This document shows positions 38,663 to 50,627 of a stretch of DNA of 64,000 nt, piece after piece (position 1 is the stretch's first letter; every line of letters starts with the position of its first letter). Under the pieces are notes generated by a model. That model ran no database searches. It was not told the DNA's origin and saw nothing but the letters and a program-made list of their open reading frames with translations. The DNA is from Bugula neritina (taxonomy: Eukaryota > Animalia > Bryozoa). The stretch is taken from assembly GCA_964035545.1 (NCBI GenBank), contig OZ037767.1:29590628-29654627 (forward strand), in the 5' to 3' direction. The position numbers and the translations under genes were made by a program.

Positions 38663-41031
38663 ATGTCCCCACAGTTATCTCAAGAAACTTTAACTTATGA
38701 GCAAATACAGAAACTAAACAATGCCTACCAAATGGCTGTTGAAGTTCATGGTAAAGGAAACTTCCCAACTCTAAGGGTAAGACCGGCTCGGACTTTTACG
38801 TCCAGTTTCAGTACTATTTTTTCTCCTTTCTTGTTGTACTAGTAGTATGAGTAGGTATGCCTAACAGTAAACATTCGTTTTTCCTATCTGTTGCTATAAC
38901 TGTAAGCATATGCGTCTGTTTAGTTGTTGCTTTGGTGAACTTCTAAAATTGCAAGACTAGTTTTACTCATTTCTCACTCCGAAGGCGAATAAGAGTCTTC
39001 TGAGTCGACATCAAAATGAAAATGAGCTTGAGTTTGTTGCAAAATAAAATTGATATTAATAATATTAGTATTACTATCCATTTTCATTTAATTTTGCAAG
39101 CGTGTAAAACTAAAATTGAGCCGTGAGTCGCAAGCGTTATCAATTGAAACCTCTCGATCAATTTTATTTATATTTTAATTAATTGTGTTTATCCTCTTAC
39201 TCTTAGTCTAAGAGTTACTTTTAGACTTGAGAGTTGAAGTAGTTTAACTCACTCACACTGACAATGGCTAAAAATAATTACTACTTTTGATTTTATAATG
39301 TTATAATTTATAACCATAACTAGTACTGCTACTAGTTCTAGTTTATCCTTCTGTATAGTGTAAAACAAAGTCAGACTATGTTAGTTGTTACCGTTTACCT
39401 ACCCATAATTTTAACTGTGACTGTTTAAGTTACAAGTGGGTAGGCATGCAAAAGGTTGTGGGTTTGTATACTTTAATACTAAAAACCAATGTAAACTCCC
39501 TGTTAGTGTTACAATTAGTGTTTATTGGTTGGTGGTGAAAAATATGTAATTGTAAATTTATGAGAACTGGCTGGGGAGGTTTTTATTTTTTTGTCAACTT
39601 TCTACAATGTTGAGTCTTGGAGTAAAAATAACCACGAATTTGTTTTTATTTCAAATTCGTACCCATTTGTAATCAATAACGTACTGTTGACTTGTTGGAA
39701 GAAACTATTAATGGCTAGCAAGCCTATTTCTCTGTGCAAACATAGTTTAATTCAATACTTCCAGAACAGGTATTCAGGATGTTGACTCTAGTTTGAGAAA
39801 TCATTTTGCAATCTGTCAAATTATACTTCCACCAGCCAACACCTTTTCAACTCAATGTTATATGGTTGATAGTTTCTGGATAGATCTTACAAACCTGCAA
39901 AATCTACACAACTTTTCAACACTGAATATATTATTGATAACTGTGTTTCAGGTGCAAATGCAGGACTTGGTGCAAAAAGTGTACGGCAAATTGCAGGAGA
40001 ATGATATAGCCATAGTTGATGTCAGAGTGAATGGCAGTTTAGCTTCGTACATCGTTGGGGACAGTGAACAGAACCACCTCAGCTACAATGATATTGATCT
40101 CATATTTTCGGTTAACTTGAAGACTGACGAGCAGCTACTAAAGTTGAAAGATTTGGTCATCCAGTGTTTGCTCACCTATCTACCTAAGGAAGCAAATTTG
40201 GACAGACTTAGCTTTGCAGCTCTAACTGATGCTTATGTTAGCAAACTGGTGAAGGTGTGGAGCCCCACAGGCGACAAATGGACATTGGTGACCTTGTCCA
40301 ATAATGATGGAATGAATCTGGAGCTCAAGTTTGTCGACACTATGAAAAGGAAATACCAGTTTAGTGTCGACTCTTTCCAGATAATTCTTGATAGCCTTAT
40401 GCAGTTTCACCAGTTGTCATCAGCTGAAATGAGCGAGGATTTCTACCCTACTGTAACAGTTGAAAGCGTGTACGGAGATTATAAGGAAGCTCTGTACCAT
40501 CTCAATAAAAAGTTGATATGCACACGTTCTCCCCAGGAAATTAGAGGTGGTGGCCTTCTAAAGTACTGTGATCTCTTGGCCCGTGGCTACACTCCAGAAT
40601 GTACTGTGTCTCATGTGGAAACGCTGGAACGGCTCATGTGCTCTCGGTTTTTTATTGACTATTCAGATACTCAATCGCAATATCAAAAACTTGACTCGTA
40701 CCTTATTAATCACTTCGGTAGGGATTTCCCTCTGATGCTTGTTTACTTGAAAAAGCTGCTTGTAGTTGTCAACACCAGCACTGTCTGTCTTATGGGACAT
40801 GAGCGTAGACAAGCGTTGGATCTGATATCTCAAATGGCCTACCATGTTGAGTGTGAGGTTGAGAGGCAACGTGCTGTTGAGTCTGATCATTTCTATATGA
40901 ATTATAATCAGCAAAATAACAAATTTAATCCTTTCTATGACAGTTACAACTATGTGCACCATCACCACTATTACTCATTCCATCCAACACATGCTTTCTA
41001 CATTAACCCTTGCTTACAGCATGTGTATTAA
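38663..41031 (+). CDS. TENT5: Terminal nucleotidyltransferase 5 (FAM46) non-canonical poly(A) polymerase, 397 aa
   Basis: Exons 38663-38776 and 39952-41031 (phase 0, AGG|GTAAG...TTTCAG|GTG). Family motifs VHGKGNFPTL, VRVNGSLAS, YNDIDLIF, NLELKFVDTMKRKYQFSVDSFQI, EIRGGGLLKYC, MCSRFFID and STVCLMGHERRQ. Confidence 0.95.
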
Positions 41032-43677
41032 CTCCAAGTCTGCAACTAATTTCTTTTTTGGATCTTCTCAATTCAACTTGCATACCATGTTAATAATTTC
41101 TGCTAATCTACTATAAATCAAAGCTACAAAAACCAATCAGTCATATAATGCACCGTTCATAGTTTATTCTCATTAAATTTTATATTGCAACTGCTATGTA
41201 TATAAATATTTTTCATTGTTTACAGTTATCATCATGCATTTTCTGTTTATTTTTGTATTTGTTCTATTCAGCGTTAAATATGAAATTAAAGGAATAACTT
41301 GGAAACAAAGAATTTAAAAATAATTATATTTTCTCATTATCATTAAAATTTGAGGGCAAGTTTATTTCAGTATGTCCACAGATTTTTCTCTGTGCAATTT
41401 TGTATATTACTACCGAAAAAATATGAAAATCAATAAAAATTGAAAAATTCCTACTAGATCCTGTTCTATTGTTGTTACACTGCTGAATGTTTTGTTCTTA
41501 TCTAAAGTTCTCAAATTAGCTCAGTAATTGTATGTGTTTGCTTTCGTAACTGATAAGCCCATTCTAGCGAGCTCACTGCAGCAACGTTTGGGTTATGAAT
41601 CACCATGTAATAGCTACGTGATAGTAACTAAAGCCTACCTAGACTCTATGTCAATAGCTAGCAATAATGGCATCAAGTGGTAAACAAGCTCCTATTTATC
41701 ATGTACTGGCTTTCCTTCGATCAACACTATACGTCTACTACCAGTATTATCCACATATCGTTTTCACTACTAGTTTTGCGTGCTGGTACTTGCATGAGCA
41801 GCCCACTTTCACTGCCACCTACTTGCAGCAAAACATCTCTTGACACTATAGTAGTTGTACCAATTGACCATCGGCTTGCATCAGGGGTTTTGTAACATAT
41901 AGCATGCCAGTTACTGATTTAATAATTATTATGTTGAGCAAAGTTCTTGCACAGGAGTTGGATGGCGTGATAGGGGTATCTCCTCCCCCTTTCTTATGTA
42001 TACACACATTGTATCTGGTAGGTCCCCAGCGATAGTTGTAATAAATGGTCAATCTTTGGATTACCAAAAGTTGCTTTACACAGTTGGTTTAAGGTCATAC
42101 TTTTCAGTTTCTGGCTCTTTGCCAGGTGCTTTATGTTCTATATGAACAATGTTCCACTGATAGCTCGAACAGGTTGAATGTCACAAGAGCAAAAAAAATA
42201 TGAAAAGATAAAGAAACTTATGTTCTCCAATATACTTTTTTATTTTTTTCAAAAGCCAATTCATGTTTAAGTTATAGCGTGTTGAAAAATATAGTCCCCC
42301 TTCCACATTCTTTTCAATTTATACGCTCCTGACTTGTTATTGTGTCTCAATATGCCTTGTATTTGAGTGCTCGTTAGTCTCGCTTCACTAACTTTGCCTA
42401 TACTTCACAAGTGCCAGTGCTGCTGGCTCAAAAGCTAAATGTTATAAACTGTCAGCTAAAACCCAATCTTGTATTCCTAGGTTGGTTGGCCTAAATAAAA
42501 CGATAGTCAAATCATGATTTCATGTTTTAAAAATTTACTCTATTCTAACCTGCTGCCTAGCTAGTTCTATTTTTGATGTATAATTACAGAATTTGTGAAA
42601 CATTTTTTCGGCAACCATCCTAGTTATAAAATGCAGTAATGGTACTTATAATATTATATTATTATCATTATAATATATTATATAGTATAATGTGTGTTTT
42701 TATTATACTGCATAATATATATTTTATTATTGTTGTTGTGCAAACAAGTGCAATTAACCTAGTTTTCAAAATTTACCTCTAAATTATCAGAATATCAGTT
42801 TAGATATTTTCATGCTTTGTTAGGTAAACCTAAAAAAAGAGGCTGTATTCCCAAAGTAAAGGGTGTTGAACTATGAACTATATTAGATTAGCCACATTTG
42901 CTACCAAGTGCATCAGTATAATATTATATGAATAGCTCTGATGCTTTGTCTCCGGTGGCTGGCTGCGATATGATAACTTGGCCAACTTCCAAGAGTTTAA
43001 AATTGGCGCAATTATTCAAGAGGTTACATACTGCACAGAGCTAGCAGTGATAGTAACCTTGCTATTGACAGTACTTATTACAACTGCCAGCATATAAGCT
43101 GCATTGTAGAATGCCGTTGGGGTAGGCTAGTAAAACCAAATTCTGCTCTCTAATATACCTTAGACACAACGCAGCAACACAATTTTTAGTTTCAAATTAC
43201 ATTTGCCACCCTTACATGAGCTGTGGGCTTCATAAAGATTCATATGATTAGAGATTTATGCTATAGGCCCTATCTGTGCTAGTGTATGATGAAAATAACA
43301 CACCATTGTCAAAGTTAACTTCAAGTATGTTGTTTTCCAGAAACTCAGTAATGTCCATTTATCTCTCGCATACAAATACTTATGTAATACCATACAGTTT
43401 AAGTTTTATTTTAGAGCACATCTGCAAACTCTACAATAAGAGCTTGCTTTACCAGTCTATTTCAGACCTGTTTTTGTAGCTAGTAATACGCAAGCTACTT
43501 ATTTTTAAACTTTTGGGTTATTTGTTCAAAACCATTAGCCTTGCTAGTAACCCGGGGCTATTGCAACAGTTCACTGCTAATCAACATGAATTGACAGCCT
43601 AATAATTATAACCCATTTGCGCGCGAAATATTTATGTACTCATAGTTACTCATATAGTTAGCAATTTATTAACGATG

Positions 43678-43757
43678 ACTGCGTGGTCCAGAGGTTAAAG
43701 GCGTCAGCGAGAAGCTGGTTGGTCATGGTTCAATCCTAGTATGCTGCAATTTTTTTT
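43678..43757 (+). mobile_element. Degenerate tRNA-like/SINE head
   Basis: A-box-like TGGTCCAGAGG and B-box-like GGTTCAATCC followed by a T-run; it does not fold as an intact cloverleaf. Confidence 0.4.
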
Positions 43758-46700
43758 GTCAACTTATGCAAATCCTACGCATGTATAATAAATATGGCTA
43801 TAATTGTAAAGTTTTTTTTAACTTTTGTTCAACAGTAAGACAACATACATGCATAATACTTAGCTACTGAACACTGGGCTAAACTTTAAATTGATCTTAT
43901 AGAATACAATGTACTTAAAATAATCATATGTGAATTAGAGAAACTGGAAGTACAACTGCTGCACTATAGACAGACCTTTACTGACAAGACTGCAAAGTGA
44001 AGTGATTTAGCTGAAATTAACTCTGCCAAACAAACAAAGAATTATGTTGTGCTGAGGCATTGTCAATAGATTGTAACATAGTGAGATGATTCAGCTAAGT
44101 GCTAATGTAAAACAGGGAACATTATATTGGCAGAAATCCAATAGATTGCCAATTTGTGCGAGAGGGTACTATATGTTATTGTGATAGCCGCAGAGCGGCA
44201 AACGTACTAGGGATGTTATAATTAGTCACAGGAGCGTAGCTAGAACCACCATATGAAGAATTTAGAAAATTGCAGTGAAACTTGCATAATGGTGTATGTT
44301 TTTACCAAATTGTGAAGAGCATAAACAGAATTTCAAAAAACAAAGAAAGTATATTAGAGAAAACATATCAAGGAATGTCAAGTTTAACTTTTAGACTTTA
44401 TAAAATGAATCCCCTGTGCTACAGCAGTGGAACATGGAGGGTGTAAAATTTTACTTATTATACAACAACTTTCTCAGAAAATTTTTTATTGAAAAATTAA
44501 AAAAGTATATGAAAGAGGAATGCAAAAGCTATCTTTTCATGTAAAATTTATTAATGTGAGGCAAAAACTGTTCGAGCTATCCCCTGGAAACCGTTTATAT
44601 ATAACATAAAGCAGTGCCTGAATCTGGAAAGTAATGACCTTAAACTAACTGTGTAGTGAAATTAAGCATTGCACCTCTCCATGTGCTAGCATGTAGCACC
44701 TCTTATGTAGCATCATAACTAGCAAAAGTTAAAACAAAATAATCATTAAAAATGCATTTGGTCAATTAATATTAATTGTACACCCAAGATAAATAAAGTC
44801 CGTAAAACAAAAGTAGTCAGACTTGTGATTTAGTTAGACTTCTAGCTCTGCTGGGCTTTTCGTTAGTAGTACTATCTAGTTAGGTGGATTGTTAGTTTAG
44901 TTGAACTGACTAGGTACTGATTTAATTTCTCATTTATTTGTTAGGAGCAAATAATTGATGATTACCATAACAGCAATCATACCACCCCGAAAAACTGAGG
45001 TTTTCAACCACCACTAATCATCTATGGTTAACAGAGTTATATTCCATGAAGCAATAAGCATGCACCAGCTACTAATCAGCTTCACCCTCTGTAGAGGCAA
45101 ACTTTTGTCAACTCACTGTTGATAAGACTGTAGTTGGGAAGTTTTACTCTGACCGTATTACTGCGCAGTATAATTGGATATAATTATATACCTCTCCACT
45201 GAGTGGTACCATCATTTGCCTAGATCTTATTCATTTATATAGCAGCTACCGAAGAATTTTGATGTGCTATTTCTGTTACGTTTTTACGTGATGAGGAAAA
45301 AGTAGCAATAAATTACACCAGGCATTTCCATATGGTTTTTTCTCCATGTCAAATGTCAAATAATGGTGAAGTACATAAGTATTCCGAAAGACTTGTCTCG
45401 TATTGTTATTGATGACCACCTCCACATTATATATAACATATTAGCCTGAATATGGTCAGTTGAAGATTTATCAAGTTTGAGGCAAGTTAATTATAGCCTC
45501 ATTATTATGCAACATGCTTTCTGTGGTGTTATTTTCCACTTCAGCCAGTGATGTTTATTTTTCACAAACCGCACGAACTTGTCAGTCAGGCGAGATCGTG
45601 TTCCACCACGTGACCATAATAAAGACGCATGCATCGGTTCATCCGATCAACACCCCCAGCTGTTGTGGGCAGCAGCATATTATACAGTTAGCTGACAGTA
45701 CGGCTTTCATGACAATTTATTGCACCACTACAGCAATGCAATGTAGAGTGCCACAAGATTCTACTATACTACAGCTTACAGTAGGTTGTGGTTACTGAGT
45801 GAGGTGTTGCAGTCATAAAACATACTTCAAATGAACACTAGTAGTTGATGATATATTATATTCAAATTTAGTTTGTTCAACCCATGTCAAGTGCAATGGG
45901 CGTGGGTTTTTTTAGTCTAGCATTTGAGTTGGGAATTTAATTGGATATCTCAAAGGTAGACAACTTCTTTTGCTACAAAAGTAAACCTAAACTATAGCAT
46001 TAAAAATAGTATATATTTTCAACAGACTAAAAATAATGTTAATTTAATTTATTGAAAAAGAGGCTTAGTCCTCTGCATCCTGTTACAGCGTTTCCACCCG
46101 ACTAGTTTGTTTATCACGAGTTTAATGCTCAGACTATAAATATGCAGCAACTAAACGGCAAAAAAGGTTTTTAATAGAAATCATCTCAGCTGAATCACAA
46201 CTTCCTAGGCATTTCAGTAACAAAATCCCAAACCAACGTAAGAAATTATCATCAAAGATATCAATTGAGTTGTTCATGTCAAAGTCCAAAGCTCTGCTGC
46301 CACACACAACCTCTTCTACTGCTGCCATAATAGTTCAAGGTCAGATAACTTCTCTTACCTTTGAACTTTATTTTCTACCTTTAATTTGACCAGCTGAAGT
46401 GCATAACATGCGGTTTCTTTGGTATTATCACCATCTCGGTAGTCGTTGCTCCTAAACTTGATATATTGGGAAGTACGCAGCTGTATTTTATACAACTATG
46501 AAGAATAGTTCCAAGGCTAGAATAAAGGAGAATAGACTATGGTTCAGCATATCATGAATGCTCATCTCTGGGATAGCTTGCAGGAAGTGTTTTGTAAATG
46601 GTATGATCAAAGAACAGGCTGGAGTAAAAGGACTATCTACACATATTATACAGTAGTATGGGTTTGTTTACAGAAAAGGATTACAATATTTGCCCGTTTT

Positions 46701-48003
46701 TACCTAGAGACCACTGATAAAAGAGAAAATAAAAATCCCCCTTCCCTTAGCTCTGCAGGACTATATAACCTTTTTGGTGAGAATTATATTGAATGCTATA
46801 AATCTGGTAGCTAGATGCTAGTAAACATATTTCATGGTTGTTGGGGTTTGGCTCGAGATATAACTGCTGGAACCCAAGTTGAATCAAACACATCTTCTGT
46901 GAACTCTTTCATCATTTTGGCACTAGATCTTTAGGCATGACACTAAACTCAAATCTCATTTGCAAATTAGGTTTAGTTGTTCATAGGCCAAGAATGTATA
47001 TTCAACAGCCAATTGCGGCTGTGGAAATTTGGAGGTGTTGCCATTGTAGGATACATCAGTTGCCAATTGTGATGAAAATAAATGAGTGGAAATGATACAA
47101 CAAAATCAATTAATCTTTTCATTATTCATTACCAGTAAGTGTCAAAAATGCCTCTCAACTTGTTACATTGGAAACAACACCAACAGCCACCCTAACTTAC
47201 TCCGTTTTAGGGGTGCCTTGCAAAGCCATCCGCAGTGCACCAGGAATTTAGGTAGATTTGGGTCTAGGTATTACTCAGCAAATATACAGTATCAATTAAT
47301 GTTTTCTCTGAAGATACCAAATCAACTTCCACAGTTATATATGTTCATTAAATATACTCTTTGGTTTAGCTTTTAGTTTAGCTTAAAATGGTATCATCAC
47401 ACATAATATTTTATGCTTTGAAATTGTTGTATAGCTATAAGCCCTGCACAATGCCAGCAACGTAAGTTAGAGAATGTCTTTGCTCAGCATAAAGTAACAG
47501 CATTAATTAATGAAGAACTCTTCCAATTTGACAGCAACCTAAGTGAGGCTAAGAACAACATTTCACACAGAAGCAAAAGTGCCCGTAGAAAAGCCATATC
47601 ACATGTTTATGATCATAACAGCTGTCAATCTGCATGTAGTTTTCTCACATGATTCAGGGGATATCTGAAGAAGTTGTGACTCACTAAAGTTATATACGGT
47701 TGGTAAGCTGCTGGTTTGGTTAGAGCAGTTGCATTAACTGGCTAAGTCGCAGCTGGGTAGAGGCTGGCAAGAAGTCGGCTGGGTATATGGTCATGTACGC
47801 ATAACAGTTTTATAATGAGATTAATATTTTAATATTGATATATGTGGCTCACTGCTCATAGCTGCTCCTACTTCAACAGTTACTATAGCTAGTAGAGATT
47901 ATCCCATACAATTATTTACATTTGATTTATTTTCGTATAAAGGCCATTGAAGTGAATAAACCTTTAGAATTCGCTTCCCATCTTTAGAAGAGCTGTGTGA
48001 ATA

Positions 48004-48850
48004 GGTGACACGACATTTCACAAATATCAATTCAAAAACACCCATTTCGAAAAAGACAATTCCCAGATTGACAATTCCCAAATTGACAATTAATAAATTG
48101 ACTTTTAGAAAAAAGACATTTCTAAAAATGACATTTAACAAATGATACGGCCCAGTCGGGTGTGAGCTCGACCGGGTCAAGAATAAGTTCATATAAACGT
48201 GGGCAATTGCAGATTGGGACTGTTTGGTAGCTAACACTACTTCCGTGATAGCCTAACTCATACGGGGTTTATATTTGTTGCTGAAAGCTTTAAATCTTGT
48301 CAAGTTCAAGTTGAAATAATTACTACTTATTTACTTTTACTTTTATACTTGTATTATTGCGTGATGTTACTATGTACATTATATGTTATTTAATTTTATT
48401 AACCGTATTTCATGAGTTAAAACTGAAAAGTAAGAAGAAAATGAAATACGGTTAATAAAATTAAATAACATATAATGTACATAGTAACATCACGCAATAA
48501 TACAAGTATAAAAGTAAAAGTAAATAAGTAGTAATTATTTCAACTTGAACTTGACAAGATTTAAAGCTTTCAGCAACAAATATAAACCCCGTATGAGTTA
48601 GGCTATCACGGAAGTAGTGTTAGCTACCAAACAGTCCCAATCTGCAATTGCCCACGTTTATATGAACTTATTCTCGACCCGGTCGAGCCAACACCCGACT
48701 GGGCCGTATCATTTGTGAAATGTCATTTTTAGAAATGTCTTTTTTCTAAAAGTCAATTTATTAATTGTCAATTTGGGAATTGTCAATTTGGGAATTGTCT
48801 TTTTCGAAATAGGTGTGTTTGAATTGTCATTTGTGAAATGTCGCGGATTC
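48004..48850. mobile_element. 847-bp non-autonomous foldback element, Mutator (MULE)-like
   Basis: 403-bp inverted arms (48011-48413 and 48441-48843) around a 27-nt spacer, ~15-nt sub-terminal repeats (GACAATTCCCAAATT-like), G...C termini, and a perfect 9-bp target-site duplication GTGTGAATA at 47995-48003 and 48851-48859. Confidence 0.92.
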
Positions 48851-49639
48851 GTGTGAATATATAGGCTACATAGTTCTGCTAGGTAGCTTGGTAATAATAG
48901 CAAAATTAATAGCAGAAATGCTACAATTTGATGGTTATAACACACCACTATATTATAGGACTGTTATTAAATCATTTTCTGTTATAAAAAGCACATTATT
49001 ATATAAAATATGCATAGATAAGGTTAATTTAAACCTTAGTCATTTAAAACTTGCTCAATATTAGTGTCTCTAAGATGAAAAAGACTAAAAATAAATAAGT
49101 CACAATTAACTTTAATTGCTATTAATTAAATTAATAGGTTTTTTATTGTTTGCAATGTTATAGGCGTTAGGAATTTCATCGTCAACAAATTAAAGCTCTT
49201 CCATTTTGTCACTAAAGCTGAAACCTACCCTGTTGGATATAGTTTTACAACAAGTAAAAGATATTTTTGCAATATCTGTAACAATAAATTACAGATTCAA
49301 GCAGGGGACAAGATTTAAATTTAACCACTCATCATGTCAACATTAGCAGGACATGATAATTTTATAATAACCCTTGAACTATATATACATACTATGAGCT
49401 CTAGCCAAAGGTTTTATAATTATAGTACAACTACATTGTGTACATATTACATCATAATCATTATATAGTATATTGGATAACATATACAGTTTCAAAAGTC
49501 ATCCAGTCATTCTTCATTCTTTCACATAGTTGGGAGATCTGTCCAAAGATAGAGAATAGTTGGTAATCTGTGTGTTAGCCAATGCCGTCAGCCAAAGCAG
49601 AGAGATTTCTTTTTGTCAACTTAAATACTAATTAGTATG

Positions 49640-49945
49640 TACTGTGACTATACTGTGACTATACTGTGACTATACTGTGACTATACTGTGACTATACTGT
49701 GACTATACTGTGACTATACTGTAACTACTATCACTATACTGTGACTATACTGTGACTACTATCACTATACTGTGACTATACTGTGACTATACTGTAACTA
49801 CTATCACTATACTGTGACTATACTGTGACTACTATCACTATACTGTGACTATACTGTGACTACTATCACTATACTGTGACTATACTGTGACTACTATCAC
49901 TATACTGTGACTATACTGTGACTATACTGTGACTATGCTGTGACT
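49640..49945. repeat. 11-nt minisatellite (TACTGTGACTA) with a 31-nt higher-order unit
   Basis: A pure 11-mer run, then repeats of CTATCACTA + 2x 11-mer. Confidence 0.95.
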
Positions 49946-50334
49946 GGATTTTGATTCCTTAATATAATTACTTTCTAATTCTAAAAAGAAATACTAGCTA
50001 CAGTGAGTTTTCACAATTTTTACACATTAGACAAGACAAGAACCTTTGACAATGAGCAAATTCATTTCAAATAAAGTATTTGTACCAAACCAGATTTACC
50101 TTTTGATCCTCTTTCTCATATATTGGCACACAGACCAAGGCAAAAAGCCTTTGTCCAAATATTTAAAACAATATCGGTTTTATCAGTGTTTCATAACTTG
50201 GAAAGGCTAATTAATTTATTTTATTTCAACAGCCACAATGCAGAAATGCCAATATATTTTAATTAGTTTCAGGTTGGCGTTTAACTTGGTGGACACCCTC
50301 TGGTATTTCATCAGTAAACAAGAAGGCTTAAGCT

Positions 50335-50552
50335 GCAGGAGCAGTCATGGTCTAATGGTCATGTGCAGATACAGGTCATGGGTTCAAATATGAATTATCG
50401 GGAATGTCTGGAAGAGCATTCAATCATAGTTGCTTCTTTGCCACACCAAAAGTTCTCAAACCATGTGTTCAGCATGGTAAGAGACAGAGTCCTTAGCCCA
50501 CTTGAAAGCCCTTGTCATCAGGGGTCCTTACAGTAATGAAGACGTTAAAACA
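50335..50552 (+). mobile_element. tRNA-derived SINE-like element
   Basis: A-box TGGTCTAATGG, B-box GGTTCAAAT and a ~150-nt body ending in GACGTTAAAAC. Confidence 0.55.
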
Positions 50553-50555
50553 ATT

Positions 50556-50627
50556 GCCCCCACTGGGATTCGAAATCAAGACCTTCGGCTAGCAAGCAGG
50601 CATGCTAACCAATAGACCACAGACCAC
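50556..50627 (-). pseudogene. tRNA-like pseudogene or SINE head (possible TGC/Ala anticodon loop)
   Basis: The minus strand reads GGTCTGTGGTCTATTGGTTAGCATGCCTGCTTGCTAGCCGAAGGTCTTGATTTCGAATCCCAGTGGGGGCA, with A and B boxes at tRNA spacing but mismatched acceptor and anticodon stems. Confidence 0.55.

Noticed and set aside
39793-39951. N-terminal 53 aa of the 412-aa ORF as part of TENT5
   Set aside because: Intronic; the conserved N-terminus is on exon 38663-38776 and splices to 39952.
45514-45798. 94-aa ORF and other short ORFs in 41-61 kb as genes
   Set aside because: No recognisable motifs and no consistent splice chain; lengths are compatible with chance.
47899-48948. ORFs with IVNLG/TIPKL repeats
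   Set aside because: Translations of the foldback element's sub-terminal repeats; no transposase motifs.
30545-49945. Tandem arrays as CRISPR-like loci
   Set aside because: No unique spacers and no cas genes; the context is eukaryotic.
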